Assembly: GCA_964187785.1 (NCBI GenBank)
Contig: OZ076413.1
Span: forward strand, 49,354,001-49,418,000
Source of the DNA: Amphiscolops sp. MND2022
Lineage: Eukaryota
DNA: 64,000 nucleotides
Reading direction: 5' to 3'
The position numbers and the translations under genes were made by a program. Below the pieces are notes generated by a model that was not told the origin of the DNA, made no database searches, and was given only the letters and a program-made list of their open reading frames with translations. Shown one piece after another: positions 11,969-23,433 of this stretch (its first letter is position 1; each line of letters begins with the position of its first letter).

Positions 11969-14900
11969 ATGTCTTCTGATTCAGGTTGGTTTGGATTTTA
12001 TAATTTGAACAAAGTTAACTTGATCAGAGCTAATTTGTCCGATAGGCGCTTCCTGTTTCCATCAATTAATACGTGATAGCATGTTTCATTCACGTTTCAA
12101 ACACTTCCGGAAGATTTCTAATGCGGCTTAATGGATTCTTTCCAAGGAAGCTCGCCGCGAAAATTCATCTCTTTCTGTTTAGAGAATCCAGTAGAAGAAA
12201 CTCATTCGACACCAAATCCAACCCTTGTCCAAGTCTCTACCGCAATTGATGGCGAGGGTCCCAGGCCTGAAAATCAACTTGACCAACGGGCATCCTCAAA
12301 AGATGATAGTGATGAAGACGTTAACGCATACGCTGCCAGCGTTGTGTGTCAGAAAGAGAAATCCCCATATTTTGGGACAGATCAAGCTGGAAACACTGTG
12401 GACTAAGTCCAACAGACCCTTGAATCAGCAGCTACAGGCTCGGATATCGCAACTCAAGTCCGGACGAGTACCCCAGTACCAGTCGGTCCAATTGAGGCTC
12501 ACCCTTCTAGTTTGACCTCCCTCGAGTCTGCTCTCAGGATTACTGCCACAGCGGAGAGCAGCCTTCCAGAGTTGGTCCCAGTTACGACATCCCTCATCAG
12601 AGAACATCCTGGAACATACCTTTCTGCCGGCGAAGACACCTCATCTTCCATATATGAGGTCCCAGCATTGCCCGGATTGTCGGATCAAAGGATACTCCCG
12701 AATGAATTAAGTGACGCTGAAAAGACTGAAGATGAGATAAGTAGGTTGGGATATCATCACACCCGAAATGTTGCCTTTGGCGATCCAGAGTCAGGAACGG
12801 AGGGAGGAGACGAATCAGGCCCCGCTACCGAGATCACCATTCAGGCGGAACCCGGAACTTCAGGACGCACGGTCGATGTCCCCATGCAGGAATTGTCAGG
12901 AAGGAGCAGGGCAATACTCAAACAATTTTTCGATGAAACACCTCCATTTTCTTTACCAGTTGGACATCCCACAGTGGCTTTTAGTGAGCCCCAATTATAT
13001 CACCTCCTCAAAACTCTCACCAATGAAACACTGAGTCAATCTTTCACAACCTTGGAGAAGATGGTTTTAGGAGCAGTAAGGGGGGCCCCAGCGACTGCAG
13101 AGTCACGGACTGCCCATTTCCGGTCTCGGCACCGAGCCCAAACTCCTCACCCTCGAATGGACAGTGACACTAGCGAGGGAGGAACTGAGAGTGATTCATA
13201 CATTGGTCCACCTGATCCAGGTTCTTCAGGTACTTCAGCAGGAGAAGACATGTCGATGAGTTATGGGGAATCGGACAGTGCAGCAGAAATGGCTTTAATT
13301 GCCGAGTCATTCCAGAAATCTACTGCCGATGGGTCCAAACAACGAGCCTCAGAAGCAAAGATCCCGGCCAAAATTGTTGACGCTGGAACCTCCAGTGAAA
13401 TGAGTTGTCCCGATGAGACACTGTCCGCAATCAGGGAAGCAGCAATTGAGGAGAGGACCAACACGGCCCCTGGGATTAAGAAGACCAAAAGGAAACCTGG
13501 AACAGTCCAATGTGGGGTCCCCATGCGGGAGGAGTTTTTCTCCAAAATTGGTTGGACGCGATCCTTCATCTCTGGGCCTGCAGACCCTCTCCACAACCCT
13601 TGCATGGTGTGGTGCCACATCTGCAAGAAAAATATCTCTATAAAAACTAAAGGCACTTTCGAGATCATACGGCACCACAGGTCAGAGAAGCATTTGAGGC
13701 GCGATCAGAGGTGGAGATATGAACACCTTTGAAGTGTCGACCCCATCAGTGGAAAAGTTCAACACAGAGTACGAGGCCGGAACGGGAAGGTGTTGACTAA
13801 AATTGAGCTTGCCAAAGAGCTCCCGAAATTTATCCATGCCGAATTGGTGGACATAGGGGAGCGTTTCCCCTTTTATGACGATTTCCTTAAAGGAAGCTCT
13901 ACAGCGCTGGTGACACCTGATTCGCGTGCCAAAACCCAAATTTGTATCATCTCGGACTACATCCAGACGCACGGCGACCTGTCTTTACTTCGTAATTTGT
14001 GGGCAAGGATTGGGTCCTTCACAAACTACCAGGCTACGCTTTGTGATTTTGACTGGGGCGAAGAACGTCTCACTGTAAGTATAGTCTTCATTGACCGCTG
14101 GAAAAGAAGGGGGGGTCGTATTAATCGCTATTGAGTATTCGTGTTTTCCAGGCCATATTCCAGCATATCTTCAATTGTGCAATGGACGACATCTCCCAGG
14201 TGGTAGCCGCCGAACAATGTTTCTCAGTAGAATTTGAAGACTATGGCAGTTATCGTCATAAGAGTGTACGCTTCTGGAAAGACGAAAAGTTGTGTCGCGT
14301 GTTTGCATGCCGTAGTAAGCTCCCATCACCCCAACTTACAGGGGAGCTAGGATCACTGTCTCGGTTCCTTTCCGTGGTCTCCACCAGAGCAGACATCGTG
14401 GCGTGTTCTGGATGCTCAGTGGACTTTGTACGCACTCTTGACCATTGCAGTTACTTTCCCAGAGGAATCCAAAGCTGTTCCCGATTCGAGCACTTGTCAC
14501 TGTTCACACTGATGCATAAGGGAAGTTACAGCGTCTTTGGAAAGATCGACTTCTTTTCAGTGTTGCAAGCCCTCTTGGTCTCACTGGGAGGGTCTCAAAC
14601 AGAGGACTGGGTCCTAGAGTCCCCCGAACTTCATCGGGTTGGTATGACAGTCAATGTGAATCACGGGTTCAAAATAAAGGCATAAATTTCACTCCCGTTC
14701 TATTGTTCTAGGCCATCTCTTCATGCAAACTAGACCTTAAAGGCCTGCCCACACTGTGCACAGAGCTGATCAACCAATGGAAGAATGTGCGCACTTATCT
14801 AACCGTTCACTCGGCCAGACAAGAAGGTCAAGGAGTCCGAAGCAGAGTAAGTCTTTCGTCCTAATCGTTCCACCTCGTGGTTGATTCAGAGTTCCCTTGG

Positions 14901-16272
14901 TCTTTTACAGGCCACTAATTTCTTACTGAATGTTAACACGGTTTTTGTGTTCCACAGGTACAGAGTTTTGAGTGGTCGCTCATTTGTGACGAGTTTATCA
15001 CTGTCAAACTCGAGTTTTTCCAACGACTTGTCAGCGATTGTTAGTGGTTTCTTGTAGTTTCCTTTTGTTTTGTTCTGCTTGTATCGGACATTTTCCTTTT
15101 ATGGTTGCAGATTTATCCAGCTTCGTAGTCAATCTCCATCAGCGACGTGACGCATCCTTCTACCTGTTTGGTGAGGCTAGCCAATTTGTGTACCGGCTCT
15201 GTTCTCGCTGTTTCACTCCTGATACTGTCCCCTTAGAAAATTCCTAGTTCCATCTCATGGGATTCAAAACATCGGAAGGAAAATTCAAAGAGGTGGAGGA
15301 CTTCCTGATTCGGCTGAAGCTCTCCTCGAAAGTTGCTGCAGCTAGTAAAATCAAGGCTGAAGGGCTCTTAGTTGGCAAGAAACCTGATAAGGCCACAATC
15401 CAGAAGACCGTCAATGAAGTGAAGAGCGATTTTTCCAGGAGGCACTTAATTTCATCAAGCACATGATAGAGGGAGTGTTACATCAGGTGGGGCTGAATTC
15501 CCACTTGGTCCAAGGCTTGGCAGCTTTCAATCCTCAGGTCTTGTTTAGCCGTCCAATTGATGTTGCTTTGCGGCATTTTGAGGTACTCTATAACACTTTC
15601 CTGTTACGATCTTGGGTCACAAGTGCTGATGAATCTTCTTATCGGGAAGAATACCTCGGTCTGATAGACCACTTGCGAATTACTTATCCAGCTGACTTCA
15701 ACTTCACCGATTTATCTGCTGATTTGATCGAATTCCTCATGGGAGTTGATTTCCTCCGTACTAAACCACGACTTCTCCGTCTCTTCAAGTTGTGTTGTCT
15801 ATGCATTACTGCTTGTAGTAGAGAATTCCCTCCTGTTACTTTCGGTAACATTGGTCTTGTAGGCCCTCATGGAAGGTTCACTGATGTCGTGTTGCCAGGA
15901 CAAAGTTACTTGTCTGGGGTTCCCGATTCAATCCCATTCTGCAGTCAGGATTCAAGTCTGCCAAAATTCTCCTTGCTCGCCTCTGATTTCGGAAGGGCAG
16001 CATTCGCCCCCACTTATGATCCTTGGGATTATGTGGACACATTTGGGCGATCCAAAATCTATAAGTCCTTACTCTCATCCTACAAAGTAGCGGCAGCAGG
16101 CCCTCAAGGAAACGTTGTCAGCTTGGATCCCCAAGAAGTTTCTCCTATACCTGAGCAGTCTGCCTTACAGATCCCAAGTAGTACAAAGAGAAGACGGATG
16201 GGCAGTACAAAGTCTCGGTCTTCTAGTTCATCTGTCACCAGTGTTCCCACGCCCTCAACTTCTAAGAAATAA
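11969..16272 (+). pseudogene. Antisense spliced accessory gene of element A: zinc finger plus hAT-transposase-like protein (~1250 codons). Predicted exons 11969-11984, 12183-14074, 14152-14637, 14712-14846, 14958-15039, 15111-16272
   Basis: GT-AG introns with compatible phases; CHICKKNISIKTKGTFEIIRHHRSEKH finger; colinear similarity to the element B antisense protein; lesions are TAA 12404, TGA 13730, TAG 15245 and a 1-bp deletion in the T-run at ~15430; the 16-nt first exon is the least certain. Confidence 0.8.
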
Positions 16273-16515
16273 CTTGTACATATGTATTTATGTACGCTAG
16301 TTCACAAACTTTGTTTATTCTTTGTTGTATTTATTCTTTCGTTTGCCTTTGATTTCTGTTTCCTCATTGTTTGTATCTTTCACCCCCGTATTTATTTATT
16401 TTGAAAGGGGGTCTTCGTTCGTCCCATTATTTATTCAAAAGATACTAGAGGGACTGAAAAAAAAACAGAAAAAGATAATAAGAAAGAACTCCCATTTTCG
16501 GGAAGAATTCAATCT

Positions 16516-17780
16516 TTAGTATCTGAAGTCTTCTGAGTAGTTTGGATTAGGGTTAGGCCTGAGATTATATTTCCCTCCTCTAGGGCTCAGACTTTCATTT
16601 CTAGCGTCGCTTTCAGATATTTCGGGCACGATAATATCATCCCCCCTTTTTGGAGAGGTTTGTGCATCGTTTTCATTCATTGAATTTCTTTCTGAAAACG
16701 TTTCATCATTTTCCGGTCCATCTGCCGTATTCGGCAAAGAATTTTCTTGCTTTTTTGGGGAAACGGCCGGAATCGGCCAATCAGATTTGGTATTTTCTGT
16801 CACTGCAGTAGCTTTATTTCTTTCAGTGACGTCATCATTTAAGCGTTTATTCCGGCTGTGTGCCGCGTTGTCGTTGTTTAATTCTTCTCGCGTGATTATG
16901 TAATCCGCTTCGGCCTCGTTTACGTCATTTGCATTCGTTTCTGCCGTGTTCGGCTGTTCGCCATTCGGCGCGCTAGTCGGAATAGGCTCGCTGCCTCGTG
17001 TAACTAGCTGCTCTCCAAAATCTGTTTCCCACGCTATGACGTATAAGTCGTCTTGCGGAATGACAATTTCTTCGTCTGGCTGCAGACGTTGTTCTCGGAA
17101 ATTGTCCTCAAGCGGTTGATTGGGAATAAACTTTTTAAGGCGAATGCGATGCAAAATTTGAGTTTTGTTCGTATTGATCCTTCGTACTATGTAGTTTTCA
17201 TTTGGCAAAACCTTTTGGACTACAAATGGTCCAACCCAACGGTAATCGCGAAATGGAATTTTTGATCCTTGATGATCCGCTTTCGGCTGTAAGACGAAAC
17301 AGTAATCATTCTCCTTCAATGGAGCAGCTTTTGCTTTGCGGTCGTAATATTCTTTGTACTTGATGTACGACTGCATAATGTTCTGTTTCGTTTTGTCAAT
17401 TAGGATTTTTGTCCGGTTTTGGATTTCTTCTGCAAATTCTGTTGTAGGGTTGATCTTTTCGTTTGGATTATTTCCAAGCTTGTGATCCAGAATGTTATAG
17501 GGAATTCTGCCATGGAATACTCTGGTTGGCTCACAACCAATACTGGCATGATAACTCGTATTATGATTAAGTACTGCTAATGGCAAATATTTATGCCATT
17601 GTCGGCGGTATTCCCCACATGCCATTTTGAGGTTTGTCTTTAATGAGGCATGGGTCCGCTCTAATTTCCCAATTGTTTGCGGGTGCTTTGTCGTTGCACA
17701 TTTGAGTGTAATGCCCAAAATTTGCGTAACCTCCGCAATAATCGTAGAAGTGAATGCAGTACCCTTATCAGTAATGAGTC
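16516..17780 (-). CDS. pol: Element A integrase C-terminal half (TDKG...LERTH, GPF motif, YNLR tail), separated from upstream pol by a frameshift
   Basis: LITDKGTAF, GKLERTH, WVGPF; element B has YLPTTIITDKG uninterrupted. Confidence 0.9.
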
Positions 17781-20700
17781 GTTGGCAGATATGCATGCTT
17801 GGTCATTATGTCAATGAGCGCTTTTGCCACATTGATCGCTGATGCGTCTGTAAGGGGATAAGCGAATAAATATCTGGAGAAAACATCAATTGCCGTTAGG
17901 ACATTTTCATACCCTCCACTTGGGGGAAGATTCGGCAATAGGTCAATCTGCATGGCGTCTTCAGGTCCAAGGTCCCATTCGGGCAAGTTGAGCAGCTCAG
18001 GTGTGATCGTTGCGTTAGGGACTCTCTTGTCTCTGGCACATTGTTCACACCCTTCTACCCACTTTTTGACGTGTTTAGCCATGCTAGGGTAGTAATACCT
18101 TTGTCTGATTTCCTGCAACATTTTTGAAATCCCGGGATGTTTATGCGCTGTCCCGTGAAGGGAGTGGAGCAATTCCCGAAGTAGGTGTTGCGGGAGCAAA
18201 ATTTGATGGTATTTAACATTCCCTGTTTCATCAAAATATTGCCTCGTCAGGATTTCGTCCTTGAGTACAATTCGTTCCAGATTATTTGCGTAGTGTCTAT
18301 ATCGGGCATCCTGTTGCAGTATGTTTTCTGAATAGTCTTCATGAAGGAGCTTTGCCTTCAATTGTTGCAATACTGCATCTTTGGACTGCTCGATGATTAT
18401 CTGGTTTGTTTTCCTTAATCGGACTTGAATGTCTGGTTGTTGTTTGACCATATTGGTTGACAGAGTTTCTATGGTAACAGTGGGCTCATCAGTCATTGGG
18501 TTTTTCCTGATTGCTTCTTTTCTTGCCCAATACTGTTCCTCTGTCTCGTCATCATCATTCGTATAGAATATTTGTTCTTCCTGTGATACCCCCGCAGATT
18601 GAACATTTATCTCAATGGGTAAAGTTTGCACGTCTTCTCGGATTTTCATGACTAGTTTATCCTTCGGATCTGCCTCCAATCGGGACAAATAGTCAGCTGC
18701 TGTGTTCTGTGCTCCCGGAATATGCGCTATGACAAAGTTGAACTGAATCACATAATCGCATGCATTCCACAGGGCTGGGGGTATTATTTTCGTTTGGAAG
18801 AATCTTGTTACTGCTTTGTTGTCGGTTAGGATTATGACCGGTTTCGGCGCTCCCCAGAAAATATGCCCAAATTCTTTGAATGCGAAATAAATCGCAAGAA
18901 ATTCTTTTGCATAAATTGACATCTTTATCTGGGCTGGGGTGAAGGTTTTTGAACCATAAGCGACCGGTGCATATGATTTGCGGATTGACGTGAATTTCTG
19001 ACTCGGATCATCTTCAATGAGTACTGCGTATCCTGCAGCTCCGAAACTTGCATCTGTCATGAGTGCAATCTGCTTGTTAGGAATGGGTTGTTGTAAGGCT
19101 AAGTCGCAACATTTGTCGAGTGCCTTGTTGATTTCTTCGAATTGTTGGACTAATTCTTTCGATACTAGGACCTTTTCGTCACTTTTGAGCATCTTGTAGA
19201 ATGGAGCAAGGCGTTCAGATAGTCTTGGGACATAATTTCTGTAGTAGTTCAAGAATCCCAAGTAGCGCTGCAAAGCCTTTTTCGACTTTGGGAATTTGGT
19301 CTTTTCCAGAAAGTTTTGCACGTTCTGTTTCTGAGGTTTGACGCCTTGTGGGGTAATAGTCCGTCCGAGAAAATCAATTTCTTTTGCACCAAAGTGACAT
19401 TTGTGCATTGTCAACTTAAGGCCTGCTTCCTGAATGCATTTGAATGTTGCTCTCAGGTTCATTATGAGGTGTTCAACATCTTTGGCTTCGATGCCGATAT
19501 CGTCCACATACTGGGCGCACTGATCCGCTTTAATGACTTTGTCGAGGTATTCCCTCATGAAACTCGAGAATGCGGATAGTGACCGACTAAGGCCTTGTGC
19601 CAAGCGTCTGTACGCGAATGTACGACTGGCAAAATTGAAAGCCAACATTTCGATTGAGCGTTGGTCGGCCATTGGTAGGCAGTGGTATGCCTGTGAACAG
19701 TCTAGTTTACAGAACAGTTTTTTGCCTGCCAAGTGTTGGGCAGCGTCAACCAAGGTGCTAACAGGGTGATTATTGTTGATATAATCATCCGAGATAAGGT
19801 TGTTGATTTTTCTCAAGTCAACCAGAAGTCGTAGCTTCCCATTTGGTTTCTTTTGTGCGAATATTGGGCTGGCGTATTTCGAGAACGGTAAAGTAGTTAT
19901 TATGCCATATTTGTGGAGCATGGCTAATTCGACTAATATGTCCTCTTTCAAGTTTATTGGCGCAGGGAGGCTTTGGCTATAGGCTGGGGAATCGTCCTTG
20001 GGTGTCAATTTCACCTTGAATTCCTCATTCATGCCTATATCAAATCTGTGTCTCGCAAAAATGTCGTGAAATTCCACTAGCAATTCTTCAATTTTGGTTT
20101 TCTCTTCCAGGGTTAGGGTGGAGTCTTTCCAATCAAAATTTCTTAGGAATTTTTCCCTAGATTCCTCGTCTTTCGTGGGATCAAGGGATTCTAGATCCTG
20201 TAGGGCTTGTAGCTCGCGGAGGATTCTTTTCTGGATTGGAGTGTGTTCTTCTGGATTCCCTGGATTTTCCGGAGTTGGGAACCAGTAGTTTTCGGGGTTT
20301 TGTGAATTTCTGTTCGTCTTGATTAGGCTACTGACGTAATGGGCTGCTTGCTCTTGGTCGTTTTGCAACAAATGCCAGGTTGATGCCGGGTCTACCGGTT
20401 TGACATATTTCATTTGTTCTGGCGTCATGACTGAAAAACTAGCAATATGGAGTCCCTTTTTGAGTTTGTAAGGGTGGTCTGTGAAGTTATTCACTGGTAT
20501 TGATATATTGCCGTCATTCAAGGTGACCAAGGCTGGACAGAATGTGATGTCGCCTTCTTCATGGAGAAGGTCGCTCGGTTGCAGAATTCCTGTGACCGTG
20601 TTTTCAGGGTATAATAAGGAATTGGTCCTAATCAGGACTCTGTCGTTTGGCGGAATGGTTATTTCAGTAGGGTTTAGAATTGGCTCTAGCACGTTTGAGT

Positions 20701-21724
20701 ATTTATGATCGGCTGTTTTGAGCTGCATTGAAAAGAACGGAAAGTTCAGTATTCCTTGTCTCATGTCCAGTACTGTATGGTTTCTCTGTAGAAACATCAG
20801 TCCTATAATCGGTCCTGTTAGGTGTTCCATTACTATAAAAACTTCATGGAACTCTATGTCACCAACTTCGAATTTGAGCTCTATTGTACTCTTAGGAGTT
20901 TCCAATTGCCCATTAGCGACCATGATTTGGAAATTCGGAGGCGGACCTTCTCGGATAACAGATTGTGGTGATAAAAGGCGAATTTTCCGGAGGTCCATTT
21001 CTGGGATCGCACTGGATAGTGCCCCAGTATCAATTAGTCCATCTATGGTCAACTCCCCAAAGTCCATTGGGAAATAAAGCATGCGTTTTTTGCATTTAAG
21101 ATTGATGTTTGTTGACAGGGGTATACAGTCTGGTTCACCATCTCTGGTGATGAGTACATTTTGGAATTGTTTTTCATCTAATAATGATTGTGGCGTGATT
21201 TCGCCACTGTTTTCAGTATTCTCGGTCCCCAGGGGATTTGGGAACACCGGATGGTTTGTGCCATCATTCATTTGCCAGGTTTCAATCAATGCTCTAGTTT
21301 TCTTGTTGTGGGTGATTGGAGGATTTTCATGGGCTGATTTATTGTAGAGTTCGATATCATCAATGACGTATTGGAATTGTAGCAGATCTTGGTTGTAGAG
21401 TTCCGTGTCCCAATAGGGATCTCGCCCATAATCGGGGTCTATGTAGGTAGGGTTGTAATTGTCTACCAAGGGAATGGGCCTGAATCGGCTATTGAAAGTA
21501 GATGTGTAATCAGGATCCCATACAGGAATTGGTTTTTGGAACAAATGGGTATTATTGTAGGTGATGATGGTAGCTTTTTCCATCTGTTGCTGCCAGACAA
21601 CAGAGGGATAGCCCATCAATTGTTGATTGTATTGGTGGAAAGTTTGCGTTGGAGGGTCCGATCTGATGTATTGTCGGACAGATATTAGTTGATTGTATTG
21701 GAGTCGTGGCGAAGTTAGTTTTTT
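17768..21724 (-). CDS. pol: Element A Pol (protease, possible dUTPase-like spacer, RT, RNase H, integrase N-half), entered by -1 frameshift
   Basis: LIDTGA; LRLLVDLRKIN; YVDD; TDAS..KEF..TDN..ADYLSR; LH...H...CEQC; MQIDLL; the -1 frame is open from the slippery site. Confidence 0.95.
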   Translation of the reverse strand, partial: KKLTSPRLQYNQLISVRQYIRSDPPTQTFHQYNQQLMGYPSVVWQQQMEKATIITYNNTHLFQKPIPVWDPDYTSTFNSRFRPIPLVDNYNPTYIDPDYGRDPYWDTELYNQDLLQFQYVIDDIELYNKSAHENPPITHNKKTRALIETWQMNDGTNHPVFPNPLGTENTENSGEITPQSLLDEKQFQNVLITRDGEPDCIPLSTNINLKCKKRMLYFPMDFGELTIDGLIDTGALSSAIPEMDLRKIRLLSPQSVIREGPPPNFQIMVANGQLETPKSTIELKFEVGDIEFHEVFIVMEHLTGPIIGLMFLQRNHTVLDMRQGILNFPFFSMQLKTADHKYSNVLEPILNPTEITIPPNDRVLIRTNSLLYPENTVTGILQPSDLLHEEGDITFCPALVTLNDGNISIPVNNFTDHPYKLKKGLHIASFSVMTPEQMKYVKPVDPASTWHLLQNDQEQAAHYVSSLIKTNRNSQNPENYWFPTPENPGNPEEHTPIQKRILRELQALQDLESLDPTKDEESREKFLRNFDWKDSTLTLEEKTKIEELLVEFHDIFARHRFDIGMNEEFKVKLTPKDDSPAYSQSLPAPINLKEDILVELAMLHKYGIITTLPFSKYASPIFAQKKPNGKLRLLVDLRKINNLISDDYINNNHPVSTLVDAAQHLAGKKLFCKLDCSQAYHCLPMADQRSIEMLAFNFASRTFAYRRLAQGLSRSLSAFSSFMREYLDKVIKADQCAQYVDDIGIEAKDVEHLIMNLRATFKCIQEAGLKLTMHKCHFGAKEIDFLGRTITPQGVKPQKQNVQNFLEKTKFPKSKKALQRYLGFLNYYRNYVPRLSERLAPFYKMLKSDEKVLVSKELVQQFEEINKALDKCCDLALQQPIPNKQIALMTDASFGAAGYAVLIEDDPSQKFTSIRKSYAPVAYGSKTFTPAQIKMSIYAKEFLAIYFAFKEFGHIFWGAPKPVIILTDNKAVTRFFQTKIIPPALWNACDYVIQFNFVIAHIPGAQNTAADYLSRLEADPKDKLVMKIREDVQTLPIEINVQSAGVSQEEQIFYTNDDDETEEQYWARKEAIRKNPMTDEPTVTIETLSTNMVKQQPDIQVRLRKTNQIIIEQSKDAVLQQLKAKLLHEDYSENILQQDARYRHYANNLERIVLKDEILTRQYFDETGNVKYHQILLPQHLLRELLHSLHGTAHKHPGISKMLQEIRQRYYYPSMAKHVKKWVEGCEQCARDKRVPNATITPELLNLPEWDLGPEDAMQIDLLPNLPPSGGYENVLTAIDVFSRYLFAYPLTDASAINVAKALIDIMTKHAYLPTTHY

Positions 21725-23433
21725 GACTCATCATTGGAAGATGAGGTCTGTGAGTTGGAAGATGTTGATTTGTTCTGTGGTTTCTGCGCCTTTGAATTGG
21801 GTTTACCGTCATTAGCGTCATCTGATCTGGTGCGTTTGGGTTTGAGATGCGCACCAGCACCTTGCCAACATCTTTCTTCCGGGTGGTTCTTTTTGCCACA
21901 AGTGCCACACTCCGGATACGTCTTTTTCTGAGTTTGTTTGCCTTGTTGGGCATCTTTTTCCTTTTTCTTCTTCAATTTTTCACAGTCCTTGACCATATGG
22001 CCCTTCTCCTTGCAGTAGTTGCAAGTGATGTCCGACATTTGCCCAGTAGTTAGAGGAGTCTTGGATTTTGTTGTCGAGGAGGTCATTGTGGCCATTGGTA
22101 GGTCGTCTGATTCCTCAAGGGCATTTAATTCTAACTCTCTCTCTAAATGAGCAACTATTTCGTCATAAGAGCCATTTTCAAGTCTGGCCATGTTTACGGA
22201 CCGCTTCAGTTTTGGTGGCAGTTTTGCGTATAGCAAACTGTCAATCATTTTCTGTGCATGATCCCCGAATGCTTTTTCTGCCCCTTGATTCAATTCTTCA
22301 AGGAAATCTGGCAGTTTCATCGTGTTGGGATCGAAGACTAGACGGTGCCATTTATGTTTGGCAGTTGCCTGTGATTCAGGTTTGACGTATTTCCGTCTGA
22401 ATATTATCAGTACGTCTTCTAAAGTCTGTCTATTGCTCGAGCTGATGTTCCGGAAGGTTTGGAGGGCATTCTTCCTCAGCAGTGAGTGGAAGTGATTGAT
22501 TTTCATCTGTTCCGTCATTTCCGGTTGCATCTTGATCATCGTGTGGAACAGGTCCTCAAACAGCTCGAATTTTTCACTCTTGCCATCAAAAGTCATTGTA
22601 TTTGAATTGACTGGGCGTATAGTGAGTTGTTGGGCTGTCGGCCTATTCTGCATCGTTGTCAAGACATCTGCTAGTCGAGTAATAGGGTCAGTTTGAGTAG
22701 CCGGAGCATTTCTCTCTTGCGCTGGGATCGTCGTGTCAAGGTTAATATCCTCATAGGACCTGTCGAGATGGTTTCTGGATGAGATTCGTCCCGTGAGAAA
22801 CTCAGGAACTTCGATTGGAGATTTGTTTTCTCCTGTCACCATGTCGTAAGCACGAGAGTTTGCGCTTGTGAATCCGTCTTTGGAACGGTCGTTGGTCTGT
22901 TTATTCTTAGAATTGTTCCTAGGTTCTAAGTTTTGCAATACTTCGGAATATCCTTCCGGTCTCTCGGCCGGAACGTTCCATCTCTCTTTGGTCAATTGTC
23001 CTGACCCGGCCATAACTACATTTTGGATTTGAGGCAAAATTTGGCTACTAATGGCTTCATTTATGGCTCTTTGGATCTGAACACTGACGCTATTCATCAT
23101 TTCGTCCATCTCTCGAGATATACGTGAATTTAACTCACTCGACAATCTATTGATCTCAACGCTTGAACACTCTCTGATTGAATTATGGCCTAATTCGGTA
23201 TTTGGACTTGGTCCATTGTTTCTTGGATTTGGGAATTTATTTTCATTTTCATCTTCAAATTCATCTCCAAACAAGCTTTCAGGTCTATCGGCCTGATTAC
23301 TATTCACACTTCCAGTTCTCTCATTTCTTTCAAAATGGTTTTCGCCTAACATAATGTCCAGATTTTCAATATCTGATAACATATCAAGTCTTCTAGACTT
23401 TCTTGCTTTCTTTTGCTTTCTAGTGGTAGGCAT
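21715..23433 (-). CDS. gag: Element A Gag (572 aa, two CCHC knuckles); first ~197 codons lie within the 5' LTR
   Basis: CNYCKEKGHMVKDC and CGTCGKKNHPEERC; TFDGKSEKFELFEDLF core is homologous to element B Gag. Confidence 0.93.
   Translation of the reverse strand: MPTTRKQKKARKSRRLDMLSDIENLDIMLGENHFERNERTGSVNSNQADRPESLFGDEFEDENENKFPNPRNNGPSPNTELGHNSIRECSSVEINRLSSELNSRISREMDEMMNSVSVQIQRAINEAISSQILPQIQNVVMAGSGQLTKERWNVPAERPEGYSEVLQNLEPRNNSKNKQTNDRSKDGFTSANSRAYDMVTGENKSPIEVPEFLTGRISSRNHLDRSYEDINLDTTIPAQERNAPATQTDPITRLADVLTTMQNRPTAQQLTIRPVNSNTMTFDGKSEKFELFEDLFHTMIKMQPEMTEQMKINHFHSLLRKNALQTFRNISSSNRQTLEDVLIIFRRKYVKPESQATAKHKWHRLVFDPNTMKLPDFLEELNQGAEKAFGDHAQKMIDSLLYAKLPPKLKRSVNMARLENGSYDEIVAHLERELELNALEESDDLPMATMTSSTTKSKTPLTTGQMSDITCNYCKEKGHMVKDCEKLKKKKEKDAQQGKQTQKKTYPECGTCGKKNHPEERCWQGAGAHLKPKRTRSDDANDGKPNSKAQKPQNKSTSSNSQTSSSNDESKN
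21718..21724 (-). promoter_or_regulatory. -1 ribosomal frameshift heptamer A-AAA-AAC (element A)
   Basis: TCA AAA AAC TAA at the gag end; the -1 frame reads KKLTSPRLQY...LMGYP into pol without a stop. Confidence 0.85.
22830..22841 (-). promoter_or_regulatory. Primer-binding site TGGTGACAGGAG (tRNA-Leu-like)
   Basis: Begins with TGG immediately after the LTR end; identical 12-mer in element B; resembles the complement of tRNA-Leu 3' ends (..CTCCTG(A/T)CACCA). Confidence 0.8.

Noticed and set aside
12404..15247. Stop-codon reassignment explaining the in-frame stops
   Set aside because: All three stop types occur, gag and pol terminate normally, and a frameshift accompanies them
16516..16700. 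Chromodomain at the integrase C-terminus
   Set aside because: Tails of both elements are low-complexity and end in a YNLR motif, with no chromodomain pattern
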